A stretch of DNA of 57,080 bases, the filler included, from Chlamydiales bacterium (lineage in GTDB: Bacteria > Chlamydiota > Chlamydiia > Chlamydiales > JACRBE01): NCBI GenBank assembly GCA_016213235.1. It is 4 parts of 4 records of this genome, joined end to end, with 100 filler letters (N's around TTAATTAATTAA, not from the genome) between each part and the next. Parts side by side here need not be neighbours in the genome. Positions count along the whole stretch, not along the records: positions 28,753 to 48,835 come from JACRBE010000002.1; positions 48,936 to 57,080 come from JACRBE010000012.1; 2 more parts are not named here. The stretch is one strand, 5' to 3'. Of this stretch, positions 38,684 through 49,649 are shown piece by piece (position 1 is the stretch's first letter; every line of letters begins with the position of its first letter). The notes under the pieces are model-generated. The model did no database searches, had not been told where the DNA came from, and saw only the letters and a list, made by a program, of their open reading frames with translations. Position numbers and translations under genes: made by a program.

Positions 38684-41600
38684 CTATTGGCTTAAGGTAG
38701 ATACAATAAGAGGCAGTACATCAACAATGGAAGGGAAGGGATCAAGTCCCTTACTATATACGATCTTTCCTGCAATGTAACAGGCTATCATGGCCTTTTT
38801 GTGATTATCCGGTATTTGATTGAGTATGCGCTGTTGATATTTGTTACGAATCATTGGCAGACAATATTTCAATAGACAGCGGATATAAGGATCATTTGGA
38901 TCATTTGACAACGGAAGAGGAGTTAAATAATCTAATATTTGATAGGTAAAAGTATTAATACGCTCTGATATCAGATCAGAAATATCAATCATGGAAAGAT
39001 CTGTTTTATCATATGTTTTAAGCATTAGAAGAGCCTCTTCCTTAGCTTTTTCTTTGATGAAGTGCAATACTTCTTTCATTAAAAGAGGTTTGTTTTCAAT
39101 GAATTCTTCATCACTTAAGATAAGACCAATTTGCACCTCACAAGAAGAACAAATAACACCACCTTTATTTGCAGAGCTATCTTTAATAATAAGAACACCC
39201 TTTTCTTCAAGAGCATAGCGGGCCTCTGGTGTTAAGTATAAATTGGCCCCTTCAATAATTGCTCTTGATGTAGGTTTTCCCTCTTCATCTAAAAAGTCTT
39301 TATAGTTTAATCCATTTAAGGTTCGTGGCCTTCCACCACCTGGAATAAAAATATCTGTTTTTGTCTGATGTACATTATGGCGAAATAAATGGTTCATATC
39401 ATTTCCAGATAGCCATTCTTCTTTTACTTTACCATTTACTTTTCTTAGACATAGTGTTTGCTGTGCATAGGCAGACTCTTCTTTTTTTGTGAACATATCA
39501 AGCAAAAAGCCACCCTCTGATAGTTTTGCAGCTGGATAAAACCGAATTGGTTTTGCATCATGAAATAGTTTAGCGATTTCCTCTAGGTCAAGACCTTGTG
39601 GGTCATTAATGGTGCCTGATACATCCGTAACTGCAAGTAGTTTTGCTGTTTTTGGGTAATAGCGATAAAGATTCAACATCTGATTGCCTGCTACATCTCC
39701 ATCAGGACCACCAGTGATTTTCACAGTAAATGTATCTTTTTCAGGATTGATACCAAGATATTTCAGTATTTCATGCATATATACATTTACACCAAGAGAG
39801 GTAACACCATACTCTTTATGATTGATACCGGCTGTTGGTTTAGAAGAGATAAATGCGCTGCCTGCCTTATAACCAACATGTTTACTATAACTTGCAATCC
39901 ACTCAATCATCACATTGTGCATATTTTCATCAGGACCAAGATAGAGATATTCTGCCTTGTCATAATAACTAATAATATCTTTTGCTTTTAACTCTCCATT
40001 TTCATAGCAGTTAACTAGTGTTAAAATACTATGAACAAAAGCACGTTGTGATTGATATAGAAAAATAGAGCGTTGTTTGTTTTTGAACTCTTCTAGCTTT
40101 GTTTTGATTTGCTGTTTATCTACATGCGCAAGTAATAAATCATGCACATAGATTTTAGCATCTTGTTCTAATTGCTCAAAAATATTTAAAAAGATAACAA
40201 CCTTTGCACCACCTTCTGGGATATCTTTGTTTTTCTTTTGTTGCGTATAAGCCAGATTATAACATTCTGCAAATACATTGTTTCTATCTACAACCATTTG
40301 CTCTAATTTACTAGGAATAACCGTACGAAGACCTCCTCTTGCCAGATCTTTAAAGCGAATATGAAAAGCAATAAACGACATTCCTTTTATAAAAAAAATA
40401 GCAAAAGGCATTTCCGGAAATTTTTCTTTTCGATTAAAAGGAACTTCATCTAAATAAAGAGGATTTAGTCTAAAAGCAAGGGCACTTTTATTGTTTCGAT
40501 AAAAGTTGGTTTTTAATGTGTATTCTACAAAATTCATTGCTTGTATTAGGATGTTTTTCCTGCGTACATCGTTGGTAGGTTGCCCTGTATCTAAATCTTG
40601 TACAAGCTCTAAAAATTCTTTTTTCTCTTTCTCATATTGTTTTAATTCATGATGAATAGGATGAAATTTATGCTCAAAGGCATTGCATAATTTGACGATC
40701 AGTTCCGGGTGTCTGCAAATGCCCTCTTCAATATTTCCAAGAGAATATAAATTCACATCGGCATGCAGCAGCGTTTGATGGATAAAGGAGATAAGACAAC
40801 GAATAAAATGACCAAGATTACCACGGATTAATTTTGATTGGATAAAAACAGTCTCTACACTATCTTGATCATCAAAGTATTTCAATAAAGCGAGCTCTTG
40901 CAAAAAGTCAGTCATGTCGCACCCTTCCCAGGCAGCTTTTCCATTCATGCCATGCAATCCAAGTGACATCATCACAATGTCATTATCACCTAATGAAATA
41001 TAACCTGCATTGACACGTTTTATATTCAAATGATGACGATGGATCATTTTTGCAAGTCGATAAAAAAAACGATGCTTTGGTGGATTTCTCCAGGCTAGGA
41101 CTATTTGTAGTGAGGGGATTTCATTTCCTTTTGTAGCCCAATCTTCATTATAACGCAGTTCATATTGACAATGGTCTCTTGTTTTTGCCCTCTGAAACAT
41201 TTCTAATGATAAAATAAGGCGATCTTTTGTAAGAGAGCGTAAAAAACGCTGATCCATCTGATGGATAACATGATCAAACTCATCAAAGGAAAGTTCTTTG
41301 TTTCTTTGTTTCATTTCCTCAAAAATTGCCAGTTGCTGCTCTTTGGGGATAGCTTTTTCAATGGATTCGTGTTCTTCTTCAAGAGGGGATGTAAAATACA
41401 AAACAGCAAGACGTAGTTTTTGTTTGATGTCTGGAAATGGAGCCGGTACATCGGAGATAAATGTTTGATAATTTTTTATACAAACTTGCTGAAAGTTTTT
41501 TAGGATATTGATATCTACATCTGGGGCATCAAGGCAAAGTATGATTGCACTATTTTTAAAGTATAGCCGGGTAGAAAAATCTTGTAGGGGAAAATACATT

Positions 41601-41770
41601 AAATGGTGAGCGATTAACATCAACTGGTTTGTTTCTATTTCCTCAAAGAAAATAGGAGGCATGTGCTTTTCTATCCAAAGATAATATTCTTCAAAGCTAG
41701 AACTCTCTTTTGCTTTTGCTGCATTTAGTTGCTCTTTCGAAAGATGTCTGTGATGATGATCGTTTTTCAT
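38684..41770 (-). CDS. Large NAD-specific glutamate dehydrogenase
   Basis: ARGGLR, KNKDIPEGGAK, LGPDENM, GINHKEYGVTS, GGPDGDVAGN, IEGANL, SANKGGVICS. Confidence 0.93.
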   Translation of the reverse strand: MKNDHHHRHLSKEQLNAAKAKESSSFEEYYLWIEKHMPPIFFEEIETNQLMLIAHHLMYFPLQDFSTRLYFKNSAIILCLDAPDVDINILKNFQQVCIKNYQTFISDVPAPFPDIKQKLRLAVLYFTSPLEEEHESIEKAIPKEQQLAIFEEMKQRNKELSFDEFDHVIHQMDQRFLRSLTKDRLILSLEMFQRAKTRDHCQYELRYNEDWATKGNEIPSLQIVLAWRNPPKHRFFYRLAKMIHRHHLNIKRVNAGYISLGDNDIVMMSLGLHGMNGKAAWEGCDMTDFLQELALLKYFDDQDSVETVFIQSKLIRGNLGHFIRCLISFIHQTLLHADVNLYSLGNIEEGICRHPELIVKLCNAFEHKFHPIHHELKQYEKEKKEFLELVQDLDTGQPTNDVRRKNILIQAMNFVEYTLKTNFYRNNKSALAFRLNPLYLDEVPFNRKEKFPEMPFAIFFIKGMSFIAFHIRFKDLARGGLRTVIPSKLEQMVVDRNNVFAECYNLAYTQQKKNKDIPEGGAKVVIFLNIFEQLEQDAKIYVHDLLLAHVDKQQIKTKLEEFKNKQRSIFLYQSQRAFVHSILTLVNCYENGELKAKDIISYYDKAEYLYLGPDENMHNVMIEWIASYSKHVGYKAGSAFISSKPTAGINHKEYGVTSLGVNVYMHEILKYLGINPEKDTFTVKITGGPDGDVAGNQMLNLYRYYPKTAKLLAVTDVSGTINDPQGLDLEEIAKLFHDAKPIRFYPAAKLSEGGFLLDMFTKKEESAYAQQTLCLRKVNGKVKEEWLSGNDMNHLFRHNVHQTKTDIFIPGGGRPRTLNGLNYKDFLDEEGKPTSRAIIEGANLYLTPEARYALEEKGVLIIKDSSANKGGVICSSCEVQIGLILSDEEFIENKPLLMKEVLHFIKEKAKEEALLMLKTYDKTDLSMIDISDLISERINTFTYQILDYLTPLPLSNDPNDPYIRCLLKYCLPMIRNKYQQRILNQIPDNHKKAMIACYIAGKIVYSKGLDPFPSIVDVLPLIVSTLSQ

Positions 41771-41971
41771 AAATCTCTTTTATATAATGAATTATATAAA
41801 TGAATCCAGTTTTTATTGTTAATTCTAACTTGATTAATAACAAAAACTGTTTTAATAATATATATTTTAGTTCCTTATAATAAGCTAGGCTGTTTATTGA
41901 TTTGTAACGTTACAAATTAATAAGAGACAATTCATTAAAAATGAGGGAGTTGTTTTTTTTATTAAAAACAA

Positions 41972-43999
41972 TTATTCATCCTCTGATTTTATAGGTTTCA
42001 ATTTAGACAGCCAGGCATCTAGTTCATGAGCAGTTACATTAATTAATATGGATGGATGCCTTTCATGCCATTGGCCTCTGAATAAATTATCTAGGATATC
42101 TGGCGCTATTGCATCATCATTATTAGCGGCAAGTTTCAATAGCTTAATGGCAATATGTACATCTTGAGCAAAATCGCTGTTACTTCGCTCTGCTCTATCT
42201 TCACGAATAAAAAACTTAGCTGCATTAACAAGAGAGCGTGTCTGCATTTGTGATAGAGGTGGCATATCTTCACCATTATCTATAATAGCATTGGCAAAGC
42301 TTCTTGCTTTGGCCAGATTATCTGTTGAACCGGTGTACAAAAGAACGCAAATAGACTGAATCATATATACAAAATCACTGGGTTCTAAAGGATTAAGATC
42401 TCTCATGGATCTTTTTGGCAGTAATGCAAGTAGCTTCGTTATGGAAGCTACATCTTCTTGTGGAACAAAATTATATATTCGTTGTGCAAGCAGAGCATCT
42501 CGTGTTTTAGTTTCCTGGTCTCGCTCTACCCCGTATCCATCAACAAATCGCTTTGCTAACTGGTTCAGAAGTTGTTCTTTTTCCTTAGAGATATTCATAT
42601 GTGGAAGAGCATCTATTATAGATTGGGTAAGTGTTAATGCCTGTTGCAGATTTCCCTCTGATGATTGGTGATTGAGATAATAGTCGATTAAATAGATGGT
42701 GGAATAAAGATCACCATATTCCATAGGATTAAAAGACATAAGGGTTCTCTGATTTTCTGATATCAGTTGTTCACCGAGGCCTATTGCAGACGCTCCCTGG
42801 GTGGCAAGTAGATATAGATGAATGACAATTGGAGGATCATTAAACAGCGTTGCTACGTTCATTATTGCCTGTCGTTCAGCTGATGATAAATTAGTTATCC
42901 TTGGAATACTTTTTCTCATATCATTAGTAAGCTCTATTGCTTGCTGGGTTAGTTCTGGGATCCTACTTCTTAGTTGATACTGAATTAACAGACTCATATG
43001 AGAAATATTATCATTAGATAAAGCGAGCTTTCCTATAAGCTGTAGATCTTGCGCACGAATGGCTGATTCAGGATTCAAATTCTCTATGCATACATTTTCT
43101 AACTCATCAATTAATAATTGTTCCTGTTTTGAAATATCATCTCTCTTTGACATAGTGGTCAGCATGGGCTCGACAATCGTTAGCGCTTGTTGTATATGTG
43201 CTTGTAATGGATGATTTAAATAATAACTCATTAGCAAAATTCTTGCTTCTCGACCCTCTGGTTTTTGAGCCTCTTCATAAATCGTTAAATAATTATCATC
43301 TAATAAGAAACTATTTTCTGTGTCTAGTGCCGTTATTATTGAGATGTTGTCTTTCATCTGATGTTCCAAATCAGCTAATATATCACTTATTGCTTGCGTG
43401 AAGTCAGAAATGTTTGTTGTATCACGTGAGAGAGGATCAATTGCCGTTGCTAATGTCAGCAACGCCGAGTGTTGTTCTGTACTTAGACCGGACATGTCAC
43501 TTAAAGTTTGCTTTATTTTGGCGAGGTAAGCAGTACGATTTTGAGGTTTTGATAGGAGCTGCTCACCCCATTGCAGTGTTTGCTTTAATAGCGTACGAGT
43601 GTTCCTTGCTTGTTGGTGGCCTGTTGTCCTGGCCTGGATTAATCCATTATTTTTATTAAATGTGGTAAATAACTCAGTTATAGTTTTGGTAATAACCGGC
43701 TTTTTGCAGACATCATAAATTGCAAAAACGATATTACTAATTCCTGGTAGCAAGATACATGCAAGACATCGCCATATGCTCTTATCCTTGATATGTTTAT
43801 AATAGCGGTCTTCTAGTGAGGCAGTTCCTCGAAACTGAAAAGAAATTTTTTCCCCTATATCTACCAGATTGGATATAATACTGAGACCGGGAACATAATC
43901 ACAGCCTCTATCTGCTTTAATCCAGTTATTTTCGGTAGCCAGAGAAGACGGTGCTTGACTGCTTGGCGGAGGAAGCCTGGTGGAGGAAAGCGGATCCAT
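41972..43999 (-). CDS. Hypothetical helical-repeat protein, putative type III effector
   Basis: Start MDPLSSTRLPPPSS (ATG 43999); S/P-rich N-terminus, hydrophobic WRCLACILLPGISNIVFAIYD, internal repeats YYLNH...QQALT. Confidence 0.75.
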   Translation of the reverse strand: MDPLSSTRLPPPSSQAPSSLATENNWIKADRGCDYVPGLSIISNLVDIGEKISFQFRGTASLEDRYYKHIKDKSIWRCLACILLPGISNIVFAIYDVCKKPVITKTITELFTTFNKNNGLIQARTTGHQQARNTRTLLKQTLQWGEQLLSKPQNRTAYLAKIKQTLSDMSGLSTEQHSALLTLATAIDPLSRDTTNISDFTQAISDILADLEHQMKDNISIITALDTENSFLLDDNYLTIYEEAQKPEGREARILLMSYYLNHPLQAHIQQALTIVEPMLTTMSKRDDISKQEQLLIDELENVCIENLNPESAIRAQDLQLIGKLALSNDNISHMSLLIQYQLRSRIPELTQQAIELTNDMRKSIPRITNLSSAERQAIMNVATLFNDPPIVIHLYLLATQGASAIGLGEQLISENQRTLMSFNPMEYGDLYSTIYLIDYYLNHQSSEGNLQQALTLTQSIIDALPHMNISKEKEQLLNQLAKRFVDGYGVERDQETKTRDALLAQRIYNFVPQEDVASITKLLALLPKRSMRDLNPLEPSDFVYMIQSICVLLYTGSTDNLAKARSFANAIIDNGEDMPPLSQMQTRSLVNAAKFFIREDRAERSNSDFAQDVHIAIKLLKLAANNDDAIAPDILDNLFRGQWHERHPSILINVTAHELDAWLSKLKPIKSEDE

Positions 44000-44061
44000 A
44001 ATTGTATTTAAAATTAACAACTGTTTAATTATTAAATATAAAAACAGATGATTTAATACAA

Positions 44062-46041
44062 TTATCGTTTTAATAATCGAAGACTATTGAGTCCTACAAC
44101 TACAGTGCCTCCCTCATGTAAGATAACCGCAAGCCATAGAGGAATAACACCTAGCAGCGCCGGAGTGGTTGCAAGTAAAATGACACCAAGTGCTAGGGTA
44201 AGGTTTTGTTTTACAATAACAAGCGTTTTTTTTGATTTTTTATAAAGCCAGGGGAGGAGGCTGATATCATCTTTTAAAAATACGATATCGGAGGCTTCAA
44301 TGGCTGTGGCGCTTCCGATCTGTCCCATAGAAATACCAACATTGGCTCTTGCCAAGGCAGGAGCATCATTGATCCCATCTCCGATCATAACAAGATTCTC
44401 TGTTTTCGCCAGCTTGCTAATAATATCTAATTTTTCTTCCGGCTTGATATCTGCATAATATTCATCAATACCAATGGTTTTTGCTACAAAAGAGGCATTT
44501 TCTTCATGATCTCCTGTCAGCATGATTGTTTTAAGGCCAAGGTCTTTTATTTGATCGAGTGTTTGTTTCATATTAAGGCGCACTTCGTCCTGAAAATGAA
44601 AAAGATAGATAGCGTTTTCAATCAGTAAATAGGTAATTAAATGACCCTCTTTATGATTTCTCTTTAGCTCACTGCTAAGAGAGGGCTTTTTCTGCAAAAT
44701 AAAATCTATATTCCCAATAAAAGCCAGGTATTGTTTTTCTCGAAAATGAACAGTGCCCTGGATACCAAAACCAGGTATTGTTTGTATATCGGACGTGGGT
44801 AAGGGTTTTAATTTTTTTGATTGTGCAAGATTGGTGATCGCTTTTGCTATAGGATGAGAAGAAGATCTCTCTAATGAATAGGCTATTTGCAAGGCAGTCG
44901 CGTCATCAAAATGTTCGTGTGCTAAGTACTCTTCTATAATAGAGCAACTTAAATTTCCTGTCGTTAGAGTTCCTGTTTTGTCAAAAGCAAACGTAGTGCA
45001 TTTGGAAAGAGCGTCTAATATGACGCCTCCTTTTAATAAAATCCCTTTTTTTGTAACGCTACTAATAGCGCTTAAATAGGCAGTCGGTGTTGCAATGATA
45101 AGAGCGCAAGGAGATGCTGCAATTAAAAAGGCAAGGGAGCGATAAATAGAGCCCTCTATTCCAGAATAAGGAATATGTAAAAAAAAGGGCAGTAGAGCTG
45201 CAAAACATACAGCAAGTCCAATAATACTTGTTGCATAAAGCTGGCTAAATCTATCTAAAATTTTTTGTATTTGAGGTTTTGCTTCTTGTGCTTGCGTAAT
45301 GAGTTGAATGATTTTTGTAAGAGTAGAATCGGCTGCTACTTTAGATACTTCAATTGTTAGCACACCTTCCAAATTTAAGCTACCTGCTTGGACATCGCTC
45401 CCTTTATGTTTAGGAGTAGGGATACTCTCTCCTGTTAAGTGCACTAAGTTAACAGAAGAATTTCCATCTATTACAAAACCATCAAGTGGAATGATTTCTC
45501 CCGATTGAATAAGAAGATGGGCTCCTTTTGTTATTTCTTTCACACTTTTTTGATAAATAGAGCCATCTTCATTAACGATAATAGCCATTGTAGGAGCGAT
45601 GTGATGCAACGATTGAAGGGCTCCTTTTGTTTTGCGAGTAACCATATGCTCCATTGCATGAGAAAGGGCAAAAAGCACTAAAAGCAGAGCTCCTTCTCTC
45701 TCACTGCCAATCAAAATAGACAAAAATGCAGCAAGAGTCATGAGTACATCAATATTGATGTTGAATGTTTTGAGATCTTCGATGGATGCAATAAGAGCAG
45801 GTGTTCCTGATAAGAAGTATACAAATGATAAAAAAAGCAAGGAGACATTAGGATGAAAAAAAGAAAATCCGTAGGAAAAAACAAGAAAAATAGCAGATAA
45901 AATGGACGCGTATAGAGAGTGATTAAATGCCCATTTTCTTGAAGATGATGTTAAAAAAGGGCTGATACTCTCTTCCATACCAGAGGAAAAAAAATCATCG
46001 AAAGAAGCAAAAGGCTTTTTATGGAAATGCAGATGCGACAT
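44062..46041 (-). CDS. zntA: Heavy-metal P1B-type ATPase (ZntA/CadA-like, SPC subtype)
   Basis: LTGES, ASPCAL, DKTGTLT, MLTGD, GDGINDAPAL, HEGGT. Confidence 0.93.
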   Translation of the reverse strand: MSHLHFHKKPFASFDDFFSSGMEESISPFLTSSSRKWAFNHSLYASILSAIFLVFSYGFSFFHPNVSLLFLSFVYFLSGTPALIASIEDLKTFNINIDVLMTLAAFLSILIGSEREGALLLVLFALSHAMEHMVTRKTKGALQSLHHIAPTMAIIVNEDGSIYQKSVKEITKGAHLLIQSGEIIPLDGFVIDGNSSVNLVHLTGESIPTPKHKGSDVQAGSLNLEGVLTIEVSKVAADSTLTKIIQLITQAQEAKPQIQKILDRFSQLYATSIIGLAVCFAALLPFFLHIPYSGIEGSIYRSLAFLIAASPCALIIATPTAYLSAISSVTKKGILLKGGVILDALSKCTTFAFDKTGTLTTGNLSCSIIEEYLAHEHFDDATALQIAYSLERSSSHPIAKAITNLAQSKKLKPLPTSDIQTIPGFGIQGTVHFREKQYLAFIGNIDFILQKKPSLSSELKRNHKEGHLITYLLIENAIYLFHFQDEVRLNMKQTLDQIKDLGLKTIMLTGDHEENASFVAKTIGIDEYYADIKPEEKLDIISKLAKTENLVMIGDGINDAPALARANVGISMGQIGSATAIEASDIVFLKDDISLLPWLYKKSKKTLVIVKQNLTLALGVILLATTPALLGVIPLWLAVILHEGGTVVVGLNSLRLLKR

Positions 46042-46800
46042 TTAATATACCGCCTTTGTCAGAAAAAATGTCGCAAGTAAGGAGGTAAAAAGTACTGCTA
46101 GATCCCAAACAATCATATGTAGCTTATTATTTTTTTCGGTATTGGCTATCATCCAAGACGAGATTAAAGAGATCGTAATTGCTGCAATAATCATCCCGAT
46201 AGTTTGTAAGAAAAAGGCTAAAAGTAAAATAACAACAGAGGCGCTGATAATACCAAGAAATGCTCCAAAAGCCTGTTTTAGGGGATGTTCATATGATGCT
46301 AAATTCAAGCCAAGCTCTTCTTCAAGCATCACATTCAGTAGTCTATTATCATCTGCCATGAGTACCTCTACTACGTCATCGAGTAGTTTTCCTTGCAGTC
46401 CCTTTGCTTTATACATTTCTTTCAGTTCAATTTTCTCTTGCTCTCTGTTTGTTTCTATCTCGTTTCGCTCTTCTAAAATAACACGATGTAACTTTTCTAA
46501 CCGAGACCATCCTATCATGGCGCTGCGACACACTTTCCAAATAATCCATCCAAAAAATGCGAGCCCAAGCATGAGAGTGCGCTGTTTTAGTGAGTACTCA
46601 CAACCTGTAAAAACAATCCAAAACAGTAAGGCAATAATAGCTGTTTGTTTTGCACTGTCAGCCCCTGCGATGATATGCCCGGGAGCTTCTAGACCATGCG
46701 CTGCCTCCGTTGCATTAAAACCCTTTTGTCTTGCCTCTTTTAAATGCAGAGCCGCAGATCTTCCTTTGAAATGGTCGCCATGGCAATCTTGTTTACACAT
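46042..46800 (-). CDS. VIT1/CCC1 family transporter
   Basis: EE..EI....EQE..EL..MY..KG...MLEEELG cytosolic domain flanked by TM helices. Confidence 0.85.
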   Translation of the reverse strand: MCKQDCHGDHFKGRSAALHLKEARQKGFNATEAAHGLEAPGHIIAGADSAKQTAIIALLFWIVFTGCEYSLKQRTLMLGLAFFGWIIWKVCRSAMIGWSRLEKLHRVILEERNEIETNREQEKIELKEMYKAKGLQGKLLDDVVEVLMADDNRLLNVMLEEELGLNLASYEHPLKQAFGAFLGIISASVVILLLAFFLQTIGMIIAAITISLISSWMIANTEKNNKLHMIVWDLAVLFTSLLATFFLTKAVY

Positions 46801-48070
46801 TCTCTAAGACCCCTTTTAGTAAATAACAAAGATCTATTTCATCTTGAACAGCCATAAGTTCTCTTGCAGAGTGCATCGCAAGTTGTGGGATGCCTATATC
46901 GATGGTTTCAATACCAAATACTTGAGAAAATAGTGGTCCTATGGTGCTGCCACAAGGCATTTCTGAATGAGATACAAAGGTTTGGCTTTTTAATCCCATG
47001 GTATGACATAGCTGTTTAATGATAGAAGATCCATGTGCAGTAGTAGCATAGCGCATGTTAGCATTATGTTTAATGACAATGCCTTTGCCAAGTAAAGGGG
47101 GAGATCCTTCATCATACTTTTCTGTAAAATTGGGGTGATAAGCATGAGCGGCATCTGCTGAAACGCAAATCGATTTGGTTTTTAACTGAACATACTCTTT
47201 TTCTGTAAGAGATAAATCCATACACACTTGTTTCATAAGATCTTCTGCAAGATGAGACAGAGCTCCTTCCGGAGATCCTGATCCAATTTCTTCATGGTTC
47301 CAGAAAATGGCCATTTGTAGCGTGTTTTGTTGCTTTTTAGATTGGAGCATGGCTTGCATTGCAGCATAAGCACTGGATAAATTATCAATACGATAGGAGC
47401 TAATTAATTCATGATGATATCCAAGCAGTCTTGGTTTCTCTATTGGCACTAAAAACAAATCAAAGCCAAGCAAGGTTTGAAAATGGATCTGTTTTTTTAA
47501 GATATTTTCGATAAAGGTAAGACTATTGATTTCTTCATTGCTAAGGCCTAAAATAGGGCATAAGTGTTTTTGACGATCAATTTTATGACCTGATTCATTC
47601 ACATTGCGATCTAAATGGATCGCTAGATTTGGTATGATAAGTGGCAAATCATCTAAATGGATCAAGCTCGATTGAAGCTCTTTATCTGTATCTAGATAGT
47701 AGATAATACCTGATATGCAAAGGTCCCTGCTCATCCAGGAAGTAAGATAAGGACTGCCATATACTTCCACTCCATGAGATACCATATTTTTTACACTAGT
47801 TTTCCCAACTGGTTTCAATTTCAAACAGGGGCTATCTGTATGAGACCCTAAAATGGTAGCTTTTTGCGGTTTGCCTACTGGAGTTTTAAAACACATCACA
47901 CTTCCATTTTTTTCATAAAAATATGCTCCTCCCGGCGCTATATCCCAGCTATCATTTTCTTGAGATAAAGGAATAAAATCTTGCAAGGCTAAACGATTGC
48001 CAATTTCTTGTGCGGCATGAAATGCTGTGGGAGATTTATTTAAAAATGATAGAAAATCATCTATGTTCAA
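46793..48070 (-). CDS. M18 family aspartyl aminopeptidase
   Basis: SPTAFHA, SHTDSP, RIDNL, HEEIGS, SADAAHA.HPN, CGSTIGP, MHSARE. Confidence 0.93.
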   Translation of the reverse strand: MNIDDFLSFLNKSPTAFHAAQEIGNRLALQDFIPLSQENDSWDIAPGGAYFYEKNGSVMCFKTPVGKPQKATILGSHTDSPCLKLKPVGKTSVKNMVSHGVEVYGSPYLTSWMSRDLCISGIIYYLDTDKELQSSLIHLDDLPLIIPNLAIHLDRNVNESGHKIDRQKHLCPILGLSNEEINSLTFIENILKKQIHFQTLLGFDLFLVPIEKPRLLGYHHELISSYRIDNLSSAYAAMQAMLQSKKQQNTLQMAIFWNHEEIGSGSPEGALSHLAEDLMKQVCMDLSLTEKEYVQLKTKSICVSADAAHAYHPNFTEKYDEGSPPLLGKGIVIKHNANMRYATTAHGSSIIKQLCHTMGLKSQTFVSHSEMPCGSTIGPLFSQVFGIETIDIGIPQLAMHSARELMAVQDEIDLCYLLKGVLENV

Positions 48071-48154
48071 GGGACACCTTTGTTTTTTTATTGAGTTAGT
48101 TTCATTCTATGAAAAACAAAGGTGCATTGCAAGGAAATACCGTGGTTAAAAACG

Positions 48155-48835
48155 TTATTTAATTAATGTTAATCCACCTAGATAGGGTTGTAATATTTTG
48201 GGGATATTGATAGATCCATCTTCGTTTTGATTGTTTTCAAGAAGAGCAACCATCAATCGAGAAGTTGCAAGACCAGAGCCATTTAGCGTATGTACAAAAT
48301 GTGTTTTTCCCTCTTTATCTTTAAATCTAGTTTTAGAGCGTCTTGCTTGGTAATCGGTACAGTTAGATACAGAAGATACCTCATAATAGCGATTTTGACC
48401 AGGAAGCCACGCTTCAATATCGACTGTTTTTGCAGAAGCATAAGAGGTGTCTCCTGTGACTAGCAGCATATTACGATAATGTAGATCCAGTTTTTGCAAC
48501 ACCTCTTCAGCAGATTTTAACATTTGCTCAAACATCATTTCGCTATCTTCTGGTTTTGTAAAGCAAAACATTTCTACTTTGTTGAACTGATGTACTCGGA
48601 TAAGTCCTCTTTCTTGCGATCCGGCAGCTCCTGCTTCTCTTCTAAAACAAGGTGTATAAGAAATATACCTTTTAGGAAGATCTTCACTAGAAAGTATTTC
48701 ATCAAAATGCAGCCCATTAAGAGCAACTTCAGCAGTTGGAAGCAAATACAGGGGATAATCTTTATCTGTTAGTTTATAAATTTGATGATCAAATTTAGGG
48801 AGCTGTCCTGAACCATACATGATAGAGGGCTGTAC
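48155..48835 (-). CDS. serS: Serine--tRNA ligase, C-terminal part (cut at contig edge)
   Basis: PTAEV, FRREAG, RGLIRVHQFNKVE, EVSSVSNCTDYQARR, HTLNGSGLA. Confidence 0.98.
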   Translation of the reverse strand, partial: VQPSIMYGSGQLPKFDHQIYKLTDKDYPLYLLPTAEVALNGLHFDEILSSEDLPKRYISYTPCFRREAGAAGSQERGLIRVHQFNKVEMFCFTKPEDSEMMFEQMLKSAEEVLQKLDLHYRNMLLVTGDTSYASAKTVDIEAWLPGQNRYYEVSSVSNCTDYQARRSKTRFKDKEGKTHFVHTLNGSGLATSRLMVALLENNQNEDGSINIPKILQPYLGGLTLIK

Positions 48836-48935
48836 NNNNNNNNNNNNNNNNNNNNNNNNNNNNNNNNNNNNNNNNNNNNTTAATTAATTAANNNNNNNNN
48901 NNNNNNNNNNNNNNNNNNNNNNNNNNNNNNNNNNN
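48836..48935. other. Artificial contig-joining spacer
   Basis: N44-TTAATTAATTAA-N44. Confidence 0.98.
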
Positions 48936-49649
48936 ATGCGGTTTATACCATACATCAACACTTTCAGGGCTGAGTAAAATAGGAAGATCACCTTTTAAAA
49001 AAATTCTTTTTTTACTTGCATAATGATGTACTTCTTTTAGCTGCCCAAACGATAAAAATTGTAAGAAAATGTAAAAATCGCACATTTTTTTATGCTCATG
49101 ATACAGCTTCGTAATATGAGACGGAGTAGGTTGTTGTATCTCCTTAGGCCAGTCTTCCCAAGGCTGATAATGAAACGTATCTTTTAATACTTTGAATACA
49201 CTATAGAGATACAGCCAATCATTTTTTTCAATAAACTCTTGGTAGTTCACTTGTTGTTGATACCGTGAAAAAAAACGCTCATAGTATCGATATAAAAAAT
49301 TAGTTTTTTCTGTCAGTATCTGTTGATATGCAATTTTTTTTGAATCAATAAATGGCTGAAATTGTCCAAAAGGATGATGAATATCATCTGATAAAAAATG
49401 AAGCTTGCGTAAAGAGAGATAGATGGGATTGATTGCGCAAGAACTCATCGCATTATAGGGACTTGGATCAAAGGAAGAATCATTGAGTGGCAGCAGTTGG
49501 ATAACCTGAAATCCAATTTCCCCGCACCAGTCAATGAGAGGTATTAAATCAAAAAATTCTCCAATACCCAGGTTGTCTTTTGTTTTAAGAGATGCCAGCG
49601 ATAGATTGATACCATGATAAGACAAACCAGATAATAGGGGAGTATTCAA
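48936..49649 (-). CDS. malQ: 4-alpha-glucanotransferase, N-terminal part (cut at contig edge)
   Basis: GIGEF.DL, IQLLPLND, SPYNA.SS.A.NP, LKGDLPI...S.DVW. Confidence 0.93.

Noticed and set aside
46142..46807. 221-aa plus-strand ORF
   Set aside because: Antisense to the VIT1 gene, Ser/Ile-rich shadow composition, no motif
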